Assembly: GCA_044356295.1 (NCBI GenBank)
Contig: JBIKWN010000003.1
Span: forward strand, 1-64,000
Reading direction: 5' to 3'
From: Bdellovibrionota bacterium
GTDB taxonomy: Bacteria; Bdellovibrionota_C; UBA2361; JBIKWN01
DNA length: 64,000 nt
Shown here: in pieces, positions 42,607 to 53,014 of the stretch
Layout of the letters: each line of letters opens with the position of its first letter
Position numbering within the stretch: the first letter of the stretch is position 1
Made by a program: the position numbers and the translations under genes
The notes under the pieces: generated by a model
Told to the model about the DNA's origin: nothing
Databases searched by the model: none
The model's input: only the letters and a program-made list of their open reading frames with translations

Positions 42607-43485
42607 GTGCAGTCACTTATATTTTTAGTAGGAACATCGGGTGCTGGAAAATCCAAAGCACTCGATGCTCTGTCAGATTTTGGTTATTTTAACCTTGAAA
42701 ATGTCCCTGTAGAACTTCTTCCTAATTTTCTGGAAGTTGCAAAAAAAGATCCTATTCGTTATCAAAAACTTGCAATTCTTCCAGATATTAACTCAACAGA
42801 AAAACTTGAAAATCTTCTTGTCTTCATTGATGAAGTAACAAAAAGTCATAAAGATACCAAAACAACCTGTATCTATATCGACTGCTCTGACGCTGTCATT
42901 GTTCGTCGTTATAGTGAAACAAGACGTCCTCATCCCTGTTTTGATCCAACTCGCGACAAAACACTTGAAGATGCAATCATTCGTGAGAGAACTCGTTTAA
43001 GTCTATTTAGAGATAGAGCGAATCTCTTACTCGATACCACTCATTGGAATATTCATGAACTTCGCCGTGAACTTGTTTCTTTCATTGAAACGATTGCTTT
43101 CTCGGTTGAACACTTATTTAGACTGAATTTTCTTTCCTTTGGGTTTAAATATGGACTACCAAACGATTGCGATATCATTATGGATGCCCGATTCCTGCCT
43201 AATCCATATTTTATTGCTGATCTAAGAGAGAAGGATGGTACGAACCAAGAAGTATCATCTTTTGTTTTAGATAATCCATCATGTAAACAATTCCTTGATA
43301 AATACCTTGATCTGCTCAGCTTTTCCTTACCTCTTTATATCTCTTCTGGAAAACAATACTTAAATGTAGGTATTGGATGCACTGGTGGCAAACATCGAAG
43401 TGTCGCTATTGCAGAATGTCTCTCAAAGGAAATATCCGACCCACTGTATGTTGTTAGTGCAAAGCACAGAGATCGCGATAAATAG
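42607..43485 (+). CDS. rapZ: RNase adapter RapZ (YvcJ/YhbJ)
   Basis: GTSGAGKS, RYSETRRPHP, SFGFKYG, DARFLPNP, GCTGGKHRSV. Confidence 0.95.
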   Translation: MQSLIFLVGTSGAGKSKALDALSDFGYFNLENVPVELLPNFLEVAKKDPIRYQKLAILPDINSTEKLENLLVFIDEVTKSHKDTKTTCIYIDCSDAVIVRRYSETRRPHPCFDPTRDKTLEDAIIRERTRLSLFRDRANLLLDTTHWNIHELRRELVSFIETIAFSVEHLFRLNFLSFGFKYGLPNDCDIIMDARFLPNPYFIADLREKDGTNQEVSSFVLDNPSCKQFLDKYLDLLSFSLPLYISSGKQYLNVGIGCTGGKHRSVAIAECLSKEISDPLYVVSAKHRDRDK

Positions 43486-43601
43486 CAGTAAAATCTAGGC
43501 TATACGGTTGACCAACTGACATATTCAAGCGACAATCAACACTTCCAAAACTCTCACCGTTTTTTGCGATTTTTTCGCGAATTATTTTACGCAAGAAACG
43601 A

Positions 43602-43766
43602 ATGGAAATGACCTACCGGCTCCTTTAGAACGCGAACAGAACAGAAGCTGGGGGTATCCACTAACCGGTGGAGAAACATACGAGATTGTTCGTTAAGCTA
43701 TTTTTGAGAGAGTTTTTTAAGCGACGTCGGCTCATGTTTCTCTGCAGTTTGTTATGGAGATTACAT
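43602..43766 (+). promoter_or_regulatory. Structured metK 5' leader (candidate riboswitch/translational attenuator)
   Basis: GTGGAGAAACAT 43668-43679 pairs with ATGTTTCTCTGC 43734-43745, which can alternatively pair with the SD region. Confidence 0.45.
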
Positions 43767-43767
43767 A

Positions 43768-44943
43768 ATGGAATCGCACGACTTTATTTTTACCTCTGAA
43801 TCTGTTTCAGAAGGGCACCCTGATAAAATTTGTGACCAATTAAGTGATGCAGTTCTTGATGCACATTTAAAAGGTGACGCAAAAAGCCGAGTAGCTTGTG
43901 AAGCACTTGTTAAGAATTCTACTGTTATTCTTGCAGGAGAAATTACTTCAAACGCAAAAGTGAACTACGAAGATATCGCTCGCGCGGTAATTCGTGAAAT
44001 TGGGTATACAGATCCTGCTCTAGGTTTTGATGCTGATTCTGCATCAATCCTTACTTTCATAAGCCATCAGTCCCAAGACATTAGTCAAGGTGTTACTGAA
44101 GGTGAAGGTGAATTTAAAGAGCAAGGCGCTGGTGACCAAGGCTTAATGTTTGGATTTGCTTGCAACGAAACTCCTGAATTAATGCCACTTCCAGTTGCAT
44201 TATCGCACAGACTCTTAAAGAAACTCTCTGACATTCGTCGCAGTGACAAGAATACAACGCTTCGTCCAGATGCAAAGTCACAAGTTTCTGTTGAATATAA
44301 AAACGGTATACCTTCAAGAATTGATACTATCGTTCTTTCAACTCAACACACTGAGGCTGCAACGCTGAAACAACTTCATGACTTAATCGTCGATCAAGTT
44401 GTTCCAGAAGTTATCCCAACAAATCTTCTTGATAAAAATACAAAGTACCTTGTTAATCCAACAGGTCGTTTTGTAATCGGAGGTCCAGTTGGTGACTGTG
44501 GTCTTACTGGACGTAAAATCATTGTAGATACTTACGGTGGATATGCTCGTCACGGAGGTGGTGCATTCTCTGGTAAGGATCCTACAAAGGTTGATCGTTC
44601 TGCTGCATACGCTGCAAGATATATTGCAAAAAATATCGTTGCTGCTGGTCTTGCGACTAAGTGCGAAGTTCAAGTTGCTTATGCAATTGGTGTTGCTAAG
44701 CCAGTATCTATCTATGTAAACACATACGGTACAAGTTCGTTTACAGGAGATAAGATATCGGCGGCCGTTGCAGAAGTTTTTGATTTAACTCCTCGTGGAA
44801 TTATCGAGAGCTTAAATCTGCTTCGACCAATCTATCAACCAACTGCTAGTTATGGTCACTTTGGTCGTGATGCGACTAATAGTGGACAGTTTAGCTGGGA
44901 GAGAACTGATAAAGTTGAAGCGCTTAAAAGTGCGATTAAATAA
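43768..44943 (+). CDS. metK: S-adenosylmethionine synthetase
   Basis: [34 protein letters not shown]. Confidence 0.99.
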   Translation: MESHDFIFTSESVSEGHPDKICDQLSDAVLDAHLKGDAKSRVACEALVKNSTVILAGEITSNAKVNYEDIARAVIREIGYTDPALGFDADSASILTFISHQSQDISQGVTEGEGEFKEQGAGDQGLMFGFACNETPELMPLPVALSHRLLKKLSDIRRSDKNTTLRPDAKSQVSVEYKNGIPSRIDTIVLSTQHTEAATLKQLHDLIVDQVVPEVIPTNLLDKNTKYLVNPTGRFVIGGPVGDCGLTGRKIIVDTYGGYARHGGGAFSGKDPTKVDRSAAYAARYIAKNIVAAGLATKCEVQVAYAIGVAKPVSIYVNTYGTSSFTGDKISAAVAEVFDLTPRGIIESLNLLRPIYQPTASYGHFGRDATNSGQFSWERTDKVEALKSAIK

Positions 44944-44968
44944 GTAAATAAGATTACTTATTTACCAT

Positions 44969-45003
44969 AAAGGGCATCCAGTAATGGGTGCCCTTTTTTA
45001 TTT
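44969..45003 (+). terminator. Intrinsic terminator after metK
   Basis: AAAGGGCATCCA-gtaa-TGGGTGCCCTTT followed by T-run; a second AT-rich 9-bp hairpin lies at 44944-44965. Confidence 0.88.
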
Positions 45004-45375
45004 TCAAGGATTGATTAATAGTTTTGCATACTCATTACTCGAGTCTTCTAGGCAAACATTAAGACTCCAAATTGACTGATCTTTAGCATCATAGACAAGG
45101 GCTGCATCAAACGGGAGCTCTTCCGAAAGAACTTCGACAATAGAAGCATCTTCTATCATCTTTAATAGATCGTCTGCGGGTGCATCAATCAAGTTTCGAG
45201 TAGAAAAAAAGAACGTAACATTTTTACAGTCGTCCTCAATCCAAACCTCGGCTAGATAGGGGCGACTATCTGGCAAGATTCCTTCAAGTGAATATAGAAC
45301 AATAGTATTGGGAGGATTTGGAAGAGTCGATCCTTTCCAATCTGGTTTTTCGTATTCAAAAGAGAAAGAACTCAC
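45004..45375 (-). CDS. Acidic hypothetical protein
   Basis: 123-aa ORF, GTG start, 24 bp downstream of the lipoprotein gene. Confidence 0.65.
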   Translation of the reverse strand: MSSFSFEYEKPDWKGSTLPNPPNTIVLYSLEGILPDSRPYLAEVWIEDDCKNVTFFFSTRNLIDAPADDLLKMIEDASIVEVLSEELPFDAALVYDAKDQSIWSLNVCLEDSSNEYAKLLINP

Positions 45376-45399
45376 AGCAGTGACGAAATAAATCTGAAA

Positions 45400-45822
45400 T
45401 TAACGCCAAGAATTCCCAAGCTTAGGACCAATATATAAATACTCAGCCAAATCTGGATCTGGATTTCCTCGTGGGCGCTCCATTAAAGCTTCATAACGAA
45501 GTCGATTAATCGTAGCTTGATTGTCATATATTGTTTCGTAGTTATCTTCGATCGCAGAATTATTTGAAGAGATAATGTAATACTTAGCTGTTGTATCAGA
45601 GATATATGCTGCTGCAATTCCAACTGGTATACCAATTAATGCACCGTAACCAATCCCCTGTACATTTGATATTGAAGAAGAGTTGCGTGCAACGATAGCC
45701 CCAACACCTGCACCAGCTGCTGCTCCGCCCAAAGAGCCATAACCAACTGGGTGGTTTGTTGTACAACCAGCAGAAACCGCCAATAGAAGTAGTGAAGAGA
45801 TTTTTAAAGTAAGTTTTTTCAT
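45400..45822 (-). CDS. Glycine-zipper lipoprotein
   Basis: Lipobox SAGC, GSLGGAAAGAGVGA and GIGYGALIG; SD GAGG. Confidence 0.8.
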   Translation of the reverse strand: MKKLTLKISSLLLLAVSAGCTTNHPVGYGSLGGAAAGAGVGAIVARNSSSISNVQGIGYGALIGIPVGIAAAYISDTTAKYYIISSNNSAIEDNYETIYDNQATINRLRYEALMERPRGNPDPDLAEYLYIGPKLGNSWR

Positions 45823-46001
45823 AACGATACCTCTAGTTATACGAGTAAACTCAAGCTAATCAACTATAATCGACTCGGGCGGCTATTTTGGTTCACTCTT
45901 ATAAAATTAGTAATTTCAGGTAGTTACGCTAATCTTTCTTTAGATTGTGTGTAAATATTAGACTCATTACTATGTTTTCTCTCTTTCTTTATGGGTAACT
46001 C

Positions 46002-46418
46002 ATGTCAAATTCATCACCTCTTTATTCATCTATTTTAAAAAATGCAAAGACTATTGCTGTCGTTGGTTTATCTGATAAGTCCGATCGCTCAAGTTATGGT
46101 GTGACCGAGTATATGCAAAAATACTTTGAGATAATCCCTATAAATCCAATGTTAAAAGAATGGAATGGATTAAAATCTTACTCTTCTCTTTTAGAAATTC
46201 CGAAAGAAAAAAAAGTTGATATTGTAAATGTATTTAGGAAAGCAGAAGACTGCCCTGCTGTAACAAGGGATGCCGTTACCATTGGGGCAAACAGTATCTG
46301 GCTTCAGCAGGGAATTATTAGTGAAGAATCAGAAGATATTGCGCGTCACGCACACATCCCATTTGTAATGGATGCATGTATTGCAGTTCTACATTCACAA
46401 TTGTTACGCAATCTGTGA
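46002..46418 (+). CDS. CoA-binding protein (YccU-like)
   Basis: IAVVGLS, PINP, VDIVNVFR, WLQQGI, VMDAC. Confidence 0.93.
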   Translation: MSNSSPLYSSILKNAKTIAVVGLSDKSDRSSYGVTEYMQKYFEIIPINPMLKEWNGLKSYSSLLEIPKEKKVDIVNVFRKAEDCPAVTRDAVTIGANSIWLQQGIISEESEDIARHAHIPFVMDACIAVLHSQLLRNL

Positions 46419-47711
46419 TAACTTTTCCATTAATCTTTCGTGAAGTTCATCTTTAATAAGATCATCTTTTAATGTTGAGATGATCTCACCGGCAAATGCT
46501 TGAACAAGCATCATCTTGGCTTCTTTTTTTCCAACACCTCGTGACTGAATATAAAAAAGAGCATCATCATCAAGCTGACCAATGGTTGCGCCGTGTGTAC
46601 ATTTTACATCATCAGCCCAAATTTTTAGTTGCGGCTTTGTATTTACTTGAGCTTCGTTAGATAAAAGTATCGATCGATTCGATTGAATTGCGTTAGTTTT
46701 TTGCGCGTCTTCTCGAACAATAATTGTTCCAGAAAAAACTCCTTGTGATTTACCACCATAAATACCCTTATAGAGCTCTAGGCTTTCACAGTGAGGTTTA
46801 GCATGATCAAGTAGCGTTGTATTATCAACGTGTTGATTTCCATCAAGCACTGACAAACCATTCATCGTCACATTAGCATTGCTGCCGTTCATAACAATAT
46901 TTACATGATTTCGGACAAGTTTTCCTCCGAACGAGAACGTATGAGTTCGAAAAGTAGAATCATTTTCAACATGAGCTTCAATCATTGAAACGTGAAATGC
47001 TTCTGTAGACTCATCTTGAATACGCACATGGTAAACATGCGCATTTGATGCGACTTTGCACTCAAGTACCGAATTAGAAAGATAAGAAACCCCTGTCTCT
47101 GCTTGAAAACGCTCTACGATATTAATAGAAGCACCTGTCTCAGCAACACAAAGAATTCTTGGATGAAGTGCAGCGCCAGCCGCAGCTTTTGTCGTCTGAA
47201 AAATAATCTCAATTGGTTTTACATTTGAAGCATTTTTAGCTGCAAATATAACAAGTCCATCAGAGAGAAAAGCCGTATTGATAGACGAAAAACTTTCGTC
47301 TTGTCTGGCAATAGTGCCAAAGTTCGATGCCCAGACAGCGTGAAGTGGATGGTCAGTTTTTTGAACTTCTGAAAGTTGTACAATCTGAATTAATTCTTCG
47401 ATTTTTTCAGATGACTTCTCTACCAATGCACCATCAACAAAAAGAAAGCGGTGGCTATCTACGTTAGAACGAACTGGCAAAGCTTTTGCAGTATTCTTCG
47501 TTTTAGTAAGAGCAAAAAATTTTCCATCAAGGATTGCTTTTGGATCGGTATATTTCCAATCTTCCAAAGCAACAGTAGGAAATCCATTTTTTGCGTATTG
47601 CTCTAGAGCATCTTTTCTTTTTTGGTGAAGCGGAAGTTTTGCACCACCATTTAAGCTCTTCTCGAACTGAGCAAAACTTTCAGTAATCCAGTCTTTGTTT
47701 TCTTCTAGCAT
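46404..47711 (-). CDS. sufD: Fe-S cluster assembly protein SufD
   Basis: EDWKYT, AQKTNA, PQLKIWADDVKCTHGAT, FY..SRG. Confidence 0.96.
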   Translation of the reverse strand: MLEENKDWITESFAQFEKSLNGGAKLPLHQKRKDALEQYAKNGFPTVALEDWKYTDPKAILDGKFFALTKTKNTAKALPVRSNVDSHRFLFVDGALVEKSSEKIEELIQIVQLSEVQKTDHPLHAVWASNFGTIARQDESFSSINTAFLSDGLVIFAAKNASNVKPIEIIFQTTKAAAGAALHPRILCVAETGASINIVERFQAETGVSYLSNSVLECKVASNAHVYHVRIQDESTEAFHVSMIEAHVENDSTFRTHTFSFGGKLVRNHVNIVMNGSNANVTMNGLSVLDGNQHVDNTTLLDHAKPHCESLELYKGIYGGKSQGVFSGTIIVREDAQKTNAIQSNRSILLSNEAQVNTKPQLKIWADDVKCTHGATIGQLDDDALFYIQSRGVGKKEAKMMLVQAFAGEIISTLKDDLIKDELHERLMEKLSQIA

Positions 47712-47717
47712 AAAAAA

Positions 47718-48500
47718 TTAAGCACGAAGCTCCTCTTTAACCCAGTTATAACCTTTTGATTCAAGTTCAAGTGCCAACTCTTTTGGACCAGACTTAATAA
47801 TTTTGCCGTCAATCATAATATGAACAACATCAGGGGTAATGTAATCAAGAAGTCGTTGATAGTGTGTTATGACAACAAAGGAACGCTCTGGTTTTTCAGC
47901 TTTAAGTTTATTAACCCCTCTTGCAACAATTTGAAGAGCATCAATATCAAGCCCAGAATCTGTCTCATCTAAGATAGCAATAGTTGGTTCAAGACATGCC
48001 ATTTGAAATATTTCATTTCGCTTTTTCTCGCCACCAGAGAAGCCTTCATTGACTGAACGCTTTACAAGCGCTTCATCGATTTCAACAAAAGCAGCTTTCT
48101 CTTTAATCATTGCATTAAAATCACGAACTGAAAGTTCTGGTTGTTGACGGTGTGCTCTTGTTGCATTCACTGCAGTGCGGAGGAAATACGTCGTGTTGAC
48201 TCCTGGAAGTTCAACTGGATATTGAAACGCCATAAAAAGCCCTTCTCGTGCGCGCTCTTCTGGATCCATCTCTAAAAGATCTTTTTCACTAAAGGTGATC
48301 GATCCCTTAGTTACTTCGTATCCTTTTTTACCACCTAAAATATTAGCAAGGGTGCTCTTTCCAGATCCATTGACACCCATTATAGCGTGAACTTCACCTT
48401 TTTTAACGGTTAAGTTTAGACCTTTTAAGATCTCTTTACTGCCATCTTCAATTTTTGCATGAAGGTCATTTACTTCAAGAATTACATCTTTCGTTGTCAT
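47718..48500 (-). CDS. sufC: Fe-S cluster assembly ATPase SufC
   Basis: GVNGSGKS, AFQYP, FSGGEKKR, DETDSGLD, THYQRLL. Confidence 0.98.
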   Translation of the reverse strand: MTTKDVILEVNDLHAKIEDGSKEILKGLNLTVKKGEVHAIMGVNGSGKSTLANILGGKKGYEVTKGSITFSEKDLLEMDPEERAREGLFMAFQYPVELPGVNTTYFLRTAVNATRAHRQQPELSVRDFNAMIKEKAAFVEIDEALVKRSVNEGFSGGEKKRNEIFQMACLEPTIAILDETDSGLDIDALQIVARGVNKLKAEKPERSFVVITHYQRLLDYITPDVVHIMIDGKIIKSGPKELALELESKGYNWVKEELRA

Positions 48501-48538
48501 CTGTTTTATTCTCTCTTTTAGATATATTTTTAAATTTA

Positions 48539-49978
48539 TTAACCAACACTTCCTTCAAGGCTTACTTGAAGTAGTTGTCTTGCCTCTATAGCGAACTCAA
48601 TCGGAAGTTCTTTAAAAACTTCCTTACAAAAACCGTGTACAATCATTGACACAGCATCCTCAGTCGCAATCCCTCTTTGATTACAGTAGAAGATCTGATC
48701 TTCACCAATCTTTGAAGTAGAAGCTTCGTGTTCAACTTTCGCAGTTGGATTTTTTACTTCAATATAAGGAAAGGTGTGTGCGCCACATCTATCACCCATT
48801 AACATTGAATCACACTGAGAAAAGTTTCTTGCATTCTCTGCACTTTTCATCATTTTGACTAAACCACGGTATGTATTTTGACCTTGTGCTGCAGAGATTC
48901 CCTTTGAAACAATCGTACTCTTCGTGTTTTTACCGATATGAATCATTTTTGTTCCAGTATCAGCTTGTTGTTTTTTATTAGTAACGGCTACTGAATAAAA
49001 TTCACCAACTGAATTATCACCCTTAAGAATCACACTTGGATATTTCCAAGTAATTGCCGAACCGGTTTCAACCTGAGTCCAAGAGATTTTAGCATTATCA
49101 TGCGTAATTCCTCGTTTGGTTACGAAATTATAGATTCCACCTTTACCGTCTTTATCACCAGGATACCAATTCTGAATTGTAGAATACTTTATGTGAGCTC
49201 CTGGAAGTGCAACAAGTTCAACAACTGCAGCGTGAAGTTGATTTTCATCACGCATTGGAGCAGTGCACCCTTCCATATAACTAACACTCGATCCTTCATC
49301 AGCAATGATAAGAGTTCGCTCGAATTGTCCGGTATTTTTTTCATTAATTCTAAAATACGTCGAAAGATCCAATGGGCATTTAACACCCTTAGGAATATAG
49401 ACAAACGATCCGTCTGAAAAAACTGCTGAATTAAGCGCTGCAAAATAGTTGTCGGTATAAGGAACAACCGATCCTAAATATTTCTCAATTATTTCTGGAT
49501 GATTTTTTGCAGCTTCTGAAAAACTACAAAAGATGATTCCTTCTTTTTCTAATTGTTTTTTATAGGTAGTAACAATCGAAACAGAATCAAAAACAACATC
49601 AACAGCAACTCCGGCTAAAATTTTCTGCTCGTGAAGTGGAATACCAAGTTTTTCATACGTTTTAATTAATTCTGGATCAGCATCTTCTAGGCTATTTAAA
49701 ATTTGTTTCTTGGGCGCACTAAAATATGAGATAGACTGATAATCAATTGGAGGATAATTAATAAAAGCCCAAGTCGGCTCTTTCATCTTTAACCAACGTT
49801 GATAAGCTTTTAAACGCCACTCGAGTAGGAATGCGGGCTCTTCTTTTTTTGCAGAAATTGCACGTATGACATCTTCATTGAGGCCAGGAGGGAAGGTGTC
49901 TGTCTCAATTTGTGTAGTAAATCCGTACTTGTATTCCTGATTTGTAAAATCTTCTAGCAACTGGGTATCAGAACTCAT
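48539..49978 (-). CDS. sufB: Fe-S cluster assembly protein SufB
   Basis: YFRIN, GQFERTL, EGCTAP, WKYPS, QQADTG, EHEA, LEGSVG. Confidence 0.99.
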   Translation of the reverse strand: MSSDTQLLEDFTNQEYKYGFTTQIETDTFPPGLNEDVIRAISAKKEEPAFLLEWRLKAYQRWLKMKEPTWAFINYPPIDYQSISYFSAPKKQILNSLEDADPELIKTYEKLGIPLHEQKILAGVAVDVVFDSVSIVTTYKKQLEKEGIIFCSFSEAAKNHPEIIEKYLGSVVPYTDNYFAALNSAVFSDGSFVYIPKGVKCPLDLSTYFRINEKNTGQFERTLIIADEGSSVSYMEGCTAPMRDENQLHAAVVELVALPGAHIKYSTIQNWYPGDKDGKGGIYNFVTKRGITHDNAKISWTQVETGSAITWKYPSVILKGDNSVGEFYSVAVTNKKQQADTGTKMIHIGKNTKSTIVSKGISAAQGQNTYRGLVKMMKSAENARNFSQCDSMLMGDRCGAHTFPYIEVKNPTAKVEHEASTSKIGEDQIFYCNQRGIATEDAVSMIVHGFCKEVFKELPIEFAIEARQLLQVSLEGSVG

Positions 49979-50010
49979 ATTTTCTTCTATAATATAGGTG
50001 GAGAGATAAA

Positions 50011-50029
50011 CTAGAGTCTTTTATTCTAG
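50011..50029. promoter_or_regulatory. Candidate Rrf2 operator between sufB and rrf2
   Basis: Inverted repeat CTAGA-N9-TCTAG in the divergent intergenic region. Confidence 0.35.
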
Positions 50030-50095
50030 AATAGATCAGGTTGTTACTCCAAGGGGTCGGCAGTAAATTTACAAGAATTTTTGAGGAAAAAATCG

Positions 50096-50578
50096 ATGAG
50101 AATCACTCAGTGGGGAGAATATGCTACACACTTCTGTATTTATTTCGCCCGTCATAACTCAAGTATTCACTCTACTAATCGAACAAGTATAACAGCTACC
50201 GAGATTGCTAAAGAGCATAATATCGATCAACTTTATGCTCAGCAGATCTTGCAAAGACTTCGTAAGGGAAATCTTATTAACAGTATTCGTGGTGCACAGG
50301 GTGGATATCAACTCTCTCGAGACCCTTCTGAGATCTCTTTGAAAGATATTCTCTCTGCCGCGGAAGGTGAAACGTTTGAAATGATCTGCGATTCAAAACC
50401 TATTAGTGAAACAAAATGTGCTCCCACAGGTCTTTGCTCACTTCGCGGTGTTTGGAGGGAATTGAAAACAGAGATTGATGACTTTCTAGAGACGAAACTT
50501 TTGTCTGAACTTGCTATAAAACTTCCAGCTCAGAAAGAGGAGCTTATGCAGATTGGAAGAAAAAGCATGGCTCAATAG
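50096..50578 (+). CDS. Rrf2 family (IscR-like) regulator
   Basis: QILQRLR...SIRGAQGGYQL, three Cys (C..C..C) in the Fe-S ligand region; divergent from sufB. Confidence 0.92.
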   Translation: MRITQWGEYATHFCIYFARHNSSIHSTNRTSITATEIAKEHNIDQLYAQQILQRLRKGNLINSIRGAQGGYQLSRDPSEISLKDILSAAEGETFEMICDSKPISETKCAPTGLCSLRGVWRELKTEIDDFLETKLLSELAIKLPAQKEELMQIGRKSMAQ

Positions 50579-51309
50579 AGCAGAAACTCAAATAACTTTA
50601 AATGATCTCGTTTATTGAGTTTATTTTCAGTCCACATTGTTTCAGGGTGCCATTGTACTGCAAGTAGATTGCTATAGTTTTTACTTTCAATTGCTTCAAT
50701 TATTTTATCTTTTTCAGAAACCCCAGTTACGACTAAATCTTTTCCTAAGTCTTTAATAGATTGATGGTGAATTGAATTTACTTGAATGCTATTTGTTTGA
50801 AATATTTTCTTAACCAAACTCTCGTCATATAAACTCACATCGTGAGCAATCTCAAACCATTTATCTTCTTTTGATGTATGAGAAAAATCAGTAAAAGACC
50901 GATCGCACTGACTATTGATATCTTGATAAAGCGTACCACCAAAAGCTACGTTAATGAGTTGAAGCCCTCTACAGATTCCAAGCACTTTCTTATTTGCCTT
51001 TAAAAAAGCATTCATTAACGCAATTTCAAAATCATCTCTTTTTCTAGAAACGGCTCCAAGCTTTTCGTGTGAGGCTTCTCTGTACAGACTAGGATCAACA
51101 TCCTCACCTCCAGTTACTATGAGCGCATCTAATTTTTCAGCATAGACCGCCGCGTTTTCACTTAATCCATCTTCAAAAAGTGGAATAAGAACAGGAATTC
51201 CACCGACCTTCATAACAGACTGAACATACGCAGACGTTGATCCAATGACTTCAATTGAATAGTCAGAATCTTTTACAACTCGAGTACTTATACCAATCAT
51301 CTTTTTCAT
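50572..51309 (-). CDS. Gamma-glutamyl hydrolase family protein (peptidase C26, PuuD-like)
   Basis: TGGEDVDP, GICRG.Q, VNSIHHQ, VQWHPE. Confidence 0.93.
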   Translation of the reverse strand: MKKMIGISTRVVKDSDYSIEVIGSTSAYVQSVMKVGGIPVLIPLFEDGLSENAAVYAEKLDALIVTGGEDVDPSLYREASHEKLGAVSRKRDDFEIALMNAFLKANKKVLGICRGLQLINVAFGGTLYQDINSQCDRSFTDFSHTSKEDKWFEIAHDVSLYDESLVKKIFQTNSIQVNSIHHQSIKDLGKDLVVTGVSEKDKIIEAIESKNYSNLLAVQWHPETMWTENKLNKRDHLKLFEFLLY

Positions 51310-51319
51310 AACGGGACGC

Positions 51320-52483
51320 TCATAAACCCTCAAAAATTATCTGAATTCCTTCTTCCCAAGGTACGACAAGCACATTTCCAACCTTAATACGTTGAGGAAC
51401 TCGCGAAATGCATAAAGCTGTTGCACCAGGAAATTCAGGCAGAAACTCTTCGAGTGTAGAAACATGTCGCTCATCGATCTCTTCTCTTGATTTAATCTCA
51501 ACCAGGATAGTTGATTGACCAGGACGTTCAATGACAAGATCGATCTCACGGTCATTAGCAAAACGAAGATAGCTAAATGAAAATCTTTTACGAAGATACT
51601 CATTCATTCGAATGATTTCATTAATGATAAAACCTTCAAAAAGCATTCCGTATTCAAATGTGCCAGGAACAGGTTTTTGAAGAATTGTATTCTGAAGTGT
51701 TCGTACTATTCCCAGATCATAAAAGTAAAATTTAGGTGCAGTTCGATGTCGTTTCCTTACCGATGTATGGTAAGGATGCAGATAAAATCCAAGTAACGTA
51801 TCTTCTAGAATTTGATAGTAATTTTTAACCGTGGGTCCAGATACTTTTATATCCTTAGCAATATTTTCATATGAAATGACATCGCCATTTGACTGTGCTG
51901 CAACTTCAAGAAAGCGATTAAAAGGCTCAATGTCTCGAACAGTTTGCTCCTGTAAAATCTCTTCTTTTAAATAGGTGCTTGCATACGAGTAGAGGTACTC
52001 TTCTTTGATCGCATCATCTTGCTCTGTAATAGTTTTTGGTAAGGCTCCCCACTGCAGTACTTTTTCAAGCAAGAAATCTTTATCTATTTCATGGCGTGTC
52101 AGTGGATAGAGGCGGTAGCTAAGAGCCCGACCCGCAAGTAGGTTTGCACCTTTACTTTTAAGTTTTCGAGCACTTGATCCAGTAAGACCAAAAATAACTC
52201 CGTGCTCCTCAATTAATAGATGTACTTCATCAAGAAGTTCAGGAATTTTTTGTACTTCATCAATGACAACTAGAACTTGTTCGCTCGTACGAGCTGCTAC
52301 AATTTCTCTTAATTTCCATGGCTCTTTTGATAATTGAAGGTAGAGCCGACTATCAAGTAGGTTCAGTGTTAAGCAGTGTTCAGGGGCAAAAGATGTGCGT
52401 ATTAAGTGACTTTTTCCAACCCCACGTTGCCCAAAGAGAAAAAAAGACTGATTATTTGGCAATGATAACAGGCGGTTATACAT
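51320..52483 (-). CDS. AAA ATPase with DUF4143 and C-terminal PD-(D/E)xK-like motif
   Basis: GQRGVGKS, IDEVQK, TGSSARKL, PKFYFYDLG, EIDL...EIK. Confidence 0.9.
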   Translation of the reverse strand: MYNRLLSLPNNQSFFLFGQRGVGKSHLIRTSFAPEHCLTLNLLDSRLYLQLSKEPWKLREIVAARTSEQVLVVIDEVQKIPELLDEVHLLIEEHGVIFGLTGSSARKLKSKGANLLAGRALSYRLYPLTRHEIDKDFLLEKVLQWGALPKTITEQDDAIKEEYLYSYASTYLKEEILQEQTVRDIEPFNRFLEVAAQSNGDVISYENIAKDIKVSGPTVKNYYQILEDTLLGFYLHPYHTSVRKRHRTAPKFYFYDLGIVRTLQNTILQKPVPGTFEYGMLFEGFIINEIIRMNEYLRKRFSFSYLRFANDREIDLVIERPGQSTILVEIKSREEIDERHVSTLEEFLPEFPGATALCISRVPQRIKVGNVLVVPWEEGIQIIFEGL

Positions 52484-52507
52484 AGTAAATTTGAATTTTA
52501 GATTTAT

Positions 52508-52542
52508 TATACAATATTAAATTACAAATTTGATATTGTATA
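52508..52542. repeat. AT-rich palindrome with 16-bp arms
   Basis: TATACAATATTAAATT-aca-AATTTGATATTGTATA, one T/G pair. Confidence 0.7.
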
Positions 52543-52592
52543 TTTATAAATAAAGTTCAATGTTTTCAATTAGTTGCAAAGGTGAGCGTCCC

Positions 52593-53003
52593 CTATTTGG
52601 AGAGGAATTTAACGAGCTGAACCATTCCCATAAGCCCTTGCCCTTTACCCATTGAAATCGTCCTTCCAAAGATATCGTAAACAATATCTTCTTTTACTGT
52701 TTGGATTTCATCGGATGTTTTTCCGCTGAGGTTTTCATCGAGAATAACTGCGAGCGCTTTTGCTGAGATCCCCTGGGGATTTTCGACTGCAAAGTGTAGC
52801 TTAATAGTGTTATCGGAATTTTTTGTTACAAAACAATATGCTTCTGATTCACAGGCTGGGGTTCTATTAGCTTCGTTAAAAGGTCTTGTTGCAACCTCAG
52901 AAGGCACATCGGTGAACTTATCCGCATATTCAATAAGCAGATCAAATCTTAGATCTTGATCATCAATATCTTTTAATTCATTTAAGAAGGTATCTAGAGT
53001 CAT
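52593..53003 (-). CDS. SufE-family sulfur acceptor protein
   Basis: LLIEYAD, PACES (catalytic Cys), HFAVENP. Confidence 0.85.
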   Translation of the reverse strand: MTLDTFLNELKDIDDQDLRFDLLIEYADKFTDVPSEVATRPFNEANRTPACESEAYCFVTKNSDNTIKLHFAVENPQGISAKALAVILDENLSGKTSDEIQTVKEDIVYDIFGRTISMGKGQGLMGMVQLVKFLSK

Positions 53004-53014
53004 AGAAAAAAGTA

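Noticed and set aside
43486..43767. Known SAM-I, SAM-II, SAM-III or SAH riboswitch upstream of metK
   Set aside because: I could not find their conserved cores by eye; kept only as an unclassified candidate
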